A stretch of DNA of 64,000 nucleotides from Saccostrea echinata (lineage: Eukaryota). Made by a program: the position numbers and the translations under genes. The notes below the pieces were generated by a model, which saw only the letters and a program-made list of their open reading frames with translations, was not told the DNA's origin and did not search any database. Positions 55,889 through 64,000 of this stretch are shown here, in pieces (the stretch's first letter is position 1; every line of letters starts with the position of its first letter). The stretch lies in assembly GCF_033153115.1 (NCBI RefSeq), contig NW_026889759.1, positions 7,130,001 through 7,194,000 on the forward strand, read 5' to 3'.

Positions 55889-56425
55889 AATGGCGGATTC
55901 AGGAATTTATATCAAGGGGGGGGGGGGGGGGGGGAGTAGAGTCCATACCAACACGAAATTAAATTAAAGGCAGAGACTCGGTTCAATTTCGTGTGTGTCG
56001 GGGGGGGGGCTTCTCTGGAGACTTCCGTGTGGTAGTGGTTCAAAGTCATTTTTTGGTCATTTAAATATATAAAGATTTGATAACTCTGTAGATCCCTTGG
56101 GGGGGTCTATAAATTTCTTGATAAAAAAAATACAATTTTACCTACTTTACCAAAAAAAAAAAAAAAAAAAAAAAAAAAAAGCGGGTAAGGGGGAGGGGTC
56201 CAAGATTACTTATTTTGTTATTTTACTAAATATAAATTTCGAGGTCCAAAAATCCCACAGGGGATCGCGGCTTAGCCCCCCCCCCTTTTTTTTTCAAAGA
56301 TAGCATAATATAGGCATTGAAAATTGGGGCTTATCTTTTTCCGTTGGTTTACCCCCCCCCCCACTTTCAATTAGCCAGCCCACTTTCAATTTGCTTCCGG
56401 CGCCTATGCACTGGATCTGCTACTG
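55889..56425. mobile_element. GGCGGAT-terminal MITE(s), PIF/Harbinger-like, degenerate or composite
   Basis: TGGCGGATTCAGG ... CTGGATCTGCTACT with internal G/C homopolymer runs. Confidence 0.45.
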
Positions 56426-57356
56426 CATTCATTTATAAAAGAGAAAAGGGGGTGGTTTCTTATTCTAGCCCCGAAGACCTATATAAATATTAATAAATAA
56501 TTAAGAAGAATTACAGCCTGACATTTATTTGCATCAACTTATTACTTTCTAACAATAAACTAATTATAACCGGGTTTTTTTTACACCCATCTGTACATGT
56601 TTGAAATATTTCTTAAGGACTAATGACCCTCTGCTCTAAATTTCACATTTTTTTTAAAAACTTCCCAAAATTTGATTTTCATCAAGATCTATAGCATTAT
56701 CATTAGTCCTTTTTAGGGGGACGAAATCTTAAACTCGGTATTTTACGCAGTAGCCAAATCTTCTGTTGAAATGCGATTGGTACATTAGTAGATGAGCATT
56801 AAGTTCTCTAAATTTTCATTTTCATCCCGGGGGCAAAAGACATTTTTCTACAAAAACCTGGTTCCCTGAACCACTCTTACTTTTTAGGCAGTAGGTAAAT
56901 CATCTTTTTAAATTTGATTGGTAGTGTCCTGCATTTAGATATGCAAAAAGGTTTTGGGATTGCATTTTCATCCTTAAGGTCAATTTGTGGCTAGAATTTT
57001 AAAACGTTTTTTTACGTGCTGGTATTACTGTCGACTTACGACAGCATCTAAGGCTGCAAGGCCGGTTATATTTTCAAAATTAATTTCTAAGTTACATGTG
57101 TACTAATTTGAAATTTTGAAAAGTTTGTTCTCAGTTTATGGCCTTGAGGCCTGGTTTTCAAAACTCCACTCACATTTTAAATTGTAGCTAAATCATATTT
57201 TTGAAAATGATTTATTATGTCCTGGGGATATGCAAATAAAGTTTCGGAATTTTCATTTTTCATCCTGGGGACCAAATGAGGTTTTGCAAAGTAATGTCTT
57301 TCCTGGTAAAAATTTCATGATATTTTAACATGTTTTTTGAATTAGCAAAAGCATTG

Positions 57357-57550
57357 CTTTGTTTGTTGTTTAACGTCCCTCTCGAGAATTTTTCACTCAT
57401 ATGGAGACGCCACCACTTGCCGGTGGAGAGCTGCAAATTTTGACCTATGCTCGACACTCAGGGCCATTGAACAGTGAGGGATCTTTTTCGTGCCAGCATC
57501 TACTGCGACACGGAACCTCGGTTTATACGGTCTCATCCGAAGGACCGGTC
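57357..57550 (-). mobile_element. SINE 3' half (same family as 14845)
   Basis: Reverse complement of the CCCTCACTG..GGTCAAAATTTGCAGC..GAGTGAAAAATTCTCGAG body with an AAAC tail. Confidence 0.7.
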
Positions 57551-57859
57551 TCCATGATAAGTTATCATGTTGTAAATTTCGTATTTACTGCCACCCGGTA
57601 AATTCAAAATTTACAACATGATATACGGTACAATGCTAAAGCACTCTTATATTTATTTGCATCTATAATGATGCTATAAAGCAAGCGACACAAACGTTCC
57701 TTGGAACACTCTATAGTTACTGCTAATCATAAGAAATTCCCATCTGTAACGAGAAGGACATACTTTTGAGATCTTGAATATTGACACCAAAGAATTTTAA
57801 ATGGAAATTTCGTGTTTTCATATTATACAAATACTTTAATTGATCTACATTATAAAGGC

Positions 57860-58030
57860 GCCTTAAAAAGCAGGTCGTGTCTCGGAAGGCTTTGGCACGA
57901 TGAAGAACCCTCACTGCTCAATAGCCCTTAGTGCCAAGCAAAGGTCTAAATTTGTAGTATTTCACTGGTCTCTATACATGAGTGAAAAATTCTCGAATGA
58001 GACATAAAACAACATACAATCAATCAATCA
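57860..58030 (+). mobile_element. SINE 3' half (same family)
   Basis: GAACCCTCACTGCTCAATAGCC..GAGTGAAAAATTCTCGAATG..(CAAT)n. Confidence 0.7.
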
Positions 58031-58739
58031 AGTCAGATGTTATACGTGGATTGATCCAAAAGTTATGTCACGTACTACTGCTATCAAATTCTTTATTATA
58101 ATGGAAGATCATCAACAAAATTTTATATACCTCATTCCATTTTGCTTGTTGCCTTTTATTTCATTCTGATATATTTAATACTTTTAAAATATACCCTACG
58201 TTAGTTAGGTGTCGTATACCGCTGCACGACAAACATAACTGAGGTCTTTATATGACGTTACTTTTCGGCACTCGAATTTTAGTTCATCCACAGATCTATT
58301 GAATATCTCACGTGCTTTTTAATTATCATGCTTTTCGAATACTCTTTTCTTAAGGAGCAAGGTCAGTCAGATATTTTATTGAGGGGCACACATATAAACT
58401 AGCTATACGTTTTCTATAGTATGCCATATATCACCAAAATTATTGGGGCAGCCTCAACCCCCCCCCCCCCCTTTTCGCTGGTTTACATGTTACTGTCGTT
58501 TTCTTATAAAAAAGTATCACTCTTAGTTGTTTTATTAAACTTATTAGAATTGATCAAAGTTGATTTACCTATTCATTGTGCGTAATCTTATGTATGGTCG
58601 GATTCAAGAGTACAGTTACATTAGGAGTTTACTGATCGTCCCCGCATCTTCTTTTCCTTTGTTGGAATGTAGAAAAGATTGATAACCTATGAACCACCAA
58701 GACATTTTAACTCTAAATAAGGGAAATGATAAACTTTGC

Positions 58740-58897
58740 ACTGGCGGATTTAGAGGGGGCAGGGGAATCGGGCCCCCTTTTGTGTCCAAAATATACATAA
58801 GATTTAATAAATCAATTTTTTGGTGTGGCCGTGGGCCCCTACCCCGCCCCCTAACTGGTCGCCCCCCCCCCCTTTTAAGATTCCTGGATCCGCCACT
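58740..58897. mobile_element. Short PIF/Harbinger-like MITE
   Basis: TGGCGGATTTAG ... CTGGATCCGCCA terminal inverted repeats. Confidence 0.55.
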
Positions 58898-59333
58898 GCT
58901 TTGTAAAGAAAAGAAAATGCATAAAATACTTTTGTAAATGAAAGTTTCAAGAATACACAGACGCAAGGAAGAAGTGCGTGGAGGACCATCCAACCTTTAA
59001 CGTAACTTACTCTTAAATCTGACGCTAAGTTAGATTTACGCACAGCGGCATAAAAAAAAAAATATTTAAAGTTGGCAGTGTAGAATAAAGAAAATGTGTA
59101 TAGATTTGTGGATGAACTGAAAATGATTGCCAAAAGTTTCGTCATGAAGACGTCAGTTACGTTGTTGTCGTGCGGCGATAGACGAAACCTCACTTTTCTG
59201 TTTATATTTAAAAAAATATTTTATACAACTGATTGGAAGACTTAGGTAGCAGTCAAAATAGATTGTTGTCTGGACTGTAATTGGTTCTTTGTTCAAAGTT
59301 CCTCTAAGCTGTGTTTTTCTGACAGAGTAAGGG

Positions 59334-61073
59334 CTACTGGAGATACTTAAACACTTTCACAGTGTTAGTGAGCTGCCCTACGTAAACATTATTGTCATCA
59401 TCTGCACATACACTACGGGGAGATTCTACTCTTTGTTGTTTTGAGAGAAGATAAGACAAAAACTGACCATCCTGGTCAAGGAGGTGAACTCTATTACTGA
59501 ATCCATCACACACAAGGATATGACCCAGGATATCAGTACAGATTCCGTAGGGCCAGATACTTGACTCTTGACCTGTGTATGAGAATCTATGTTGTCCTGA
59601 TTTATTCACCACTACGACTGCCTCTTTAGGATAATCTGATATACAAATGTCTCCATTGATGTTTTCTGTGATGCACCGTGGTTCACTGAACAGTTTCTGA
59701 CCTTTGTCATCCCTCTGTATGTTTTGTGTTTCTGTTCCTGCTTTATTGTACCTGGCTACTTTAGCCTCTTCTTTGCCATAGTTTATCATCCCCACCAGTA
59801 TGTCCCCATTGATGTGTGAGAAGTATATGCTAACTGGTTTCCAATCTCCTGTTGTAAAAAATGTTGATATTTTGTTATTCATTTCTATTCTTTTAATAAG
59901 CTTGTTGGTTTGGTCTGTAAAGATTAGATCCCCCTCCTCTGTGACAGTGTGGTAACCATGTCCACCACTAGTTCTTACCCTCTGTAACTGATTACCCTCT
60001 CGGTCTGTTTGGACAAGATTGCCACTATAGTCACTGACCCAGAGTCTGCCTGATTGATCTAATGATATATGGCAGGCACTACATACGCCTAGTAAATTGA
60101 ATTCCCTGACTTTAGTGACACAGGAAGAAAGGGAAATTGTTTTTGTCACATCAGACTTCATATATCTGTCTTGTTCTGACTGTTTTCTTGTAGATTTCGC
60201 AGACGCTGAGGATGGAAAACCTTCCATCGGCTTTATTTTTCTCATCTCTTCCCTTGCCTCTTTAACACTTATTTTACCAAACAATTTAGAAACATCATCT
60301 TTGCTGTATTGACCAGCAGTAAATACTGGAATTGCTGGTTTTGATGTCTCTGGTATATTTCTGATTTTCAGATTCTCTTCTGAAATTTCTGGAATTAAAA
60401 TTGTGAGCTCTGTTGAGGAAAGGAATCCTTGAAATTTTTTGACAAGGTCATTGAGATAGTTCATGTAATCTGTAAACATCTGGCCCTGGTTCTTTAATTT
60501 TTCATTCATTGTATACTCTATTTTGTTTAGTATTTCTGTATTTTCAGCCAATACTTTATCGACCGTGTTTTTGAGAGACTCAGCTTCAACCTTCATTGAT
60601 GTCCGTATGCTCTCCATGATCTTCTTTATTTCTGTTTCATCCCGTTTAATTTCTCTTTGTAGATCTTGTGACGTAGGTAGAAAATATTCATGGATTTTAT
60701 AGATTCTCTCTTGGCATAGTGTAAACTTTTCTGCATAAATTGTCTCTAAACCAACGAATTTATGGCCTCTGTGATCTTGCACTGTCGTACACTTAGAACA
60801 TAAAGGAATATTGCATTCAACACAGAGAATATTTATTTTCTTTGTCTGATGAATCTTGCATTTCTCCACCGGAAGTCGTCGTTTGCGTTGTTGGTATAGA
60901 ACAACGTGATGGTTCTTGTTTTCTGCACCTTTCAGATGTTGGTTTCTGCATTGATTACACATCCGTTGATGGCAAGAATTGCAATAAAATTCACAGTTTG
61001 TCTCACAGTCTTCAGTGTCGCACTCCAGAAAGTGTTGGGCAGTTCCTGGTATACTGGGTTTGAATATCGCCAT
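59334..61073 (-). CDS. RING-less TRIM-like protein: two B-boxes, coiled coil, NHL/beta-propeller (579 aa, single coding exon)
   Basis: ATG at 61073 directly follows acceptor TTTCAG. AQHFLECDTEDC..CEFYCNSCHQRMC..C..H and CKIH..CVECNIPLCSKC..H.GH B-boxes; C-terminal PRCITENINGDICISD, PYGICTDILGHILVCD, VHLLDQDGQFL. Confidence 0.9.
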   Translation of the reverse strand: MAIFKPSIPGTAQHFLECDTEDCETNCEFYCNSCHQRMCNQCRNQHLKGAENKNHHVVLYQQRKRRLPVEKCKIHQTKKINILCVECNIPLCSKCTTVQDHRGHKFVGLETIYAEKFTLCQERIYKIHEYFLPTSQDLQREIKRDETEIKKIMESIRTSMKVEAESLKNTVDKVLAENTEILNKIEYTMNEKLKNQGQMFTDYMNYLNDLVKKFQGFLSSTELTILIPEISEENLKIRNIPETSKPAIPVFTAGQYSKDDVSKLFGKISVKEAREEMRKIKPMEGFPSSASAKSTRKQSEQDRYMKSDVTKTISLSSCVTKVREFNLLGVCSACHISLDQSGRLWVSDYSGNLVQTDREGNQLQRVRTSGGHGYHTVTEEGDLIFTDQTNKLIKRIEMNNKISTFFTTGDWKPVSIYFSHINGDILVGMINYGKEEAKVARYNKAGTETQNIQRDDKGQKLFSEPRCITENINGDICISDYPKEAVVVVNKSGQHRFSYTGQESSIWPYGICTDILGHILVCDGFSNRVHLLDQDGQFLSYLLSKQQRVESPRSVCADDDNNVYVGQLTNTVKVFKYLQ

Positions 61074-61355
61074 CTGAAAGCAGCACAGTATGAATATACC
61101 TTCCATACATATTTGAAAAACTACACGTGTATTTATTTTGAATTTTAAAAAATGAGTTTACTAAGCTAAACAATGTCGTAAAACTTTGAATCACAGTCAA
61201 AACGTGACCAACTTAGCACACGAATAACATGAATAAATTCTTGAGACTATTTATAATCATTTTGTTAAAAAGGCACCGAGTACACATATAAGGTATATGC
61301 TATCCCGAAAGCCTGCAATCATTCATTAAATTGGCTTTAATTTAAATGACACAAG

Positions 61356-61703
61356 CAGGGGTAGACAAATAGAATTTTTTAGAACTTGCCTTCGGACAGG
61401 TTACCATCTTAAAATTACTTGTCCTGCCCAAAGATATGCTTGTCCCACCTTTTTCTTAAATAACACTAGAATTAGAGGAATTCCTACCAAGTATTCGATG
61501 TAGTCGTCAACTGCATTGAAAACATATATTCTGCTGTGATTCATTATATTTTAGCAGCAGTAAAACAAACAACATTTGAGTTTATGATTTTTTGTTAACT
61601 GGAAAAGCACTTGTCCATGGGCAGGTATCAGTTATCAAATAACTTGCCCGTCAAACAAAATTGGTTGTCCCGGGCGTCGGGCAATGCTATTTGTCTAGCC
61701 CTG
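61356..61703. mobile_element. MITE with 17-bp TIR and 5-bp TSD
   Basis: CAGGGGTAGACAAATAG / CTATTTGTCTAGCCCTG; ACAAG duplicated at 61351-61355 and 61704-61708. Confidence 0.8.
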
Positions 61704-61708
61704 ACAAG

Positions 61709-64000
61709 AATATAAATTCTTGAATACTTACTTTTTCTGTGATTGAATTTGCCAGGTATGAAAGAGATTGTAGATGTAAAGTCAATGTAACATGTCTAAT
61801 CCTGTCTTTACCTGACATAAAAGGTAAAAAAGGTAACTCCAAAATGGAGTTATCTTTCTTTACACTTGTTACTGCACCGAACTTACCATTTGTTAGTGAC
61901 CTACTTATATTATCCATTGTCTGCTGTGTTCTTGCTTCTCAGATAGACGAACTCTAGCACATCTTTATCTGTATTTTGAGTTGCAGGTTCTGAAGCTCTG
62001 GTATTGATCTTCACGACTTTTGATCTTTCGTGTGTTGATTGCAGCAAGATTATTTATTTTCCTTTGTATGTCTTGATGGCGATATGACACAAGTGCCAGG
62101 TCGTCTGCAAAGTCTAGGTCTTTCAATTTGTTAGGGTCCAGCTGTTACATCTTTTTTTGTGTTTTGATGATCCAGTCTACTCACAATGTGAAGAGGAGTG
62201 ACGAGCAGCTCTGTTTCAAAACGGTCTTGTAGAGTAGGACCCCCCCCCCCCCCCGAAAATCCCTCCAGTAAATCTGACTCTTGAGTAGGAATTTTCCCCG
62301 GAAAACTAACCGAGAGTAAGATTTCTCCCACGGAAAACTGGCTTCAGAGTAGAATTTCCCCCACGGAAATCACACTCTAGAGTCAGCTTTCCGAGAGGGG
62401 AAGTTCTACTATATAGTAGAAACCCCTTTAGAGCCAGTCTCCCTATTGGTAATGTCCTGCATATCATAGTGTCGTATATTTCATTTCTGACTTCAATGAA
62501 AATAAGTACTTATTAAGTATTGAAAAATATATTTAACTATTACATGTACAGTGTATGTTCAATATTTGAATTACCATTTACATCATATTAAGGTAATTAA
62601 TAAAACCTCCATATCGCACATTTTACTTTCAAAATGACCATGTCAAGTTGACCTTAAGCTTGCATCAGTGCACCTATTGATGTTGAAATATATATCGAAC
62701 AAAATATTAGCAGCAATATTTAGCTATCAGATTTGCTGTTTTATGTTTTATCAATCTGATTAAAATGAGACCTTTGTTACGCTCCGAAATTCTGATACAG
62801 CGACTATCAGAATTTCGGAGCGTAACAAAGGTCTCATTTTAATCAGATTGATGTTACATACATGTTAATTGCAATAAGCATCTTACAGCTTATCAAAACT
62901 TAAAATTGAATTACTAGCTATATTTTTCATGCCTGATCATCGCTTCCCTCAAAAAGATGAAGGGGTTGGGTGGGTTGCAGTATCCCTATATATTCTAAAA
63001 TGCAATAAATTCTTCTAAAAATCATGCAACGTTTCCACATCCTTTAAAGAATGTTAACTTGATTACTACCACTTTATAACGTTAAGGAAAGAAGAAATCC
63101 CACTATGGTTGACATAAAAGGGCAAAACTGACTCTAAAAGAGGATTTCTCTCCGTGGAAAGTCTGCTCTAGAGCAGGATTTCTCCCACCGGGGAAACCTT
63201 ATTTTAGAATAGAATTTCAGGGGGGGGGGGGGGTCCTGCTTTAGAGGAAATCCTAGTCTATAACACAGGTATGACTGTGGAATTATTCTGTAAGATTTGT
63301 ACCATAAACGATCTGGGCAGAGAAATCCAAATTTGCCATATGACATAGTGATTCAGGGTCGGTTGATACTTTTTATATCTGCCTTTGTGAAGTCAATAAA
63401 GTTGACATACAATAAGGAGTTCTGTCATGTTTTATAAATTTTTCATTTTTGCAGTAACTACAAAATTTTTTTTAGATTGTCATATTGTAAATTTTGCATT
63501 TTGCATTCGATTTACGTTGAAAGCAAATATCTGCTCATAACAGGATCAGCCTTTCCTAACCCCAGCTCGCTCTTTCCGTAATAAAGGATCTAAAAAGCTG
63601 AGGTCTGCTCAAAATCAATCTGCTCGGAACTTTGCTGACATATAACAGAACTATACCCATCTAGCTATTAAAACTCCCTTTCTAGACTTTACAATGAGGC
63701 CAGTCTTCCAGCATGACGGTAGTTGTATAGTCCAGATTTTTCCAAGTACATGTATCTTTGTCAGACATCTTTTCCACTGCCTTCAGTACCTCTGCTATAA
63801 TCTTATCCACTCCAGGCGTTTTAAATTTTGGAGATTAGGGATTTTTAAAATTCATTCAGTGTTGGTGGTTCAGCTAATTGGTAGAATGTCTTCTGCTGGT
63901 GTAATGTTTGCTTCCAGCTCTAAATTATCCATGTTGAAAACTCTTTCAGAGTGTTCCTTGCAACACTTCAAGATGTCTCCATTTTTAGAGAGCTAGTTCC
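61709..64000 (-). mobile_element. Degenerate non-LTR retrotransposon (RTE-clade-like RT), interrupted and running off the window end
   Basis: Frameshifted minus-strand remnants: KTPGVDKIIAEVLKA (~63780-63825), LLYVNFIDF.KA (~63380-63415), LKDLDFADDLALV (~62090-62127). Confidence 0.7.
62225..63265. mobile_element. MITE with repeated subterminal motifs, nested in the LINE and carrying a perfect hairpin at 62750-62852
   Basis: AGAGTAGGA/AGAGTAGAATTT..GGAAA repeats plus a C-run at the left, mirrored by GGAAA..AGAATTTC plus a G-run and TCCTAGTCTATAACA at the right. Confidence 0.55.

Overview
AT-rich eukaryotic genomic DNA with GT-AG introns. It is most likely from a bivalve mollusc of oyster type, inferred from the RING-less B-box/NHL genes, Cg170-like ~166-bp satellite units in HINE-like elements and a tRNA-derived SINE. 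The ORF track fragments the real genes, so I rebuilt them by hand from splice sites and reading phase. Genes from left to right: (1) a 10-exon minus-strand gene fusing a flavin-reductase-like domain to an uncharacterised His-motif domain (347 aa); (2) a head-to-head 2-exon gene of unknown function (376 aa) whose C-terminus resembles an RRM-like ORF1p/ZCCHC3-type domain; (3) a tandem array of four type-I membrane receptor paralogues with single coding exons, one a pseudogene, sharing a highly similar Cys-rich ectodomain but unalignable TM/cytoplasmic tails; (4) a B-box/coiled-coil/NHL TRIM-like gene; (5) RPS9; (6) MICU1; (7) PCNA, divergent from MICU1 across an E2F-site promoter; (8) a second TRIM-like gene. 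Many MITEs, a solo LTR, SINEs, HINEs and LINE/Penelope fragments fill the gaps, often nested. The best leads are a candidate array of in-frame microexons in the MICU1 intron matching the vertebrate MICU1.1 microexon position, the constant-ectodomain/variable-tail receptor array, and the flavin reductase fusion protein. All calls were made by eye with no database searches, and repeat boundaries are approximate unless a TSD is given.
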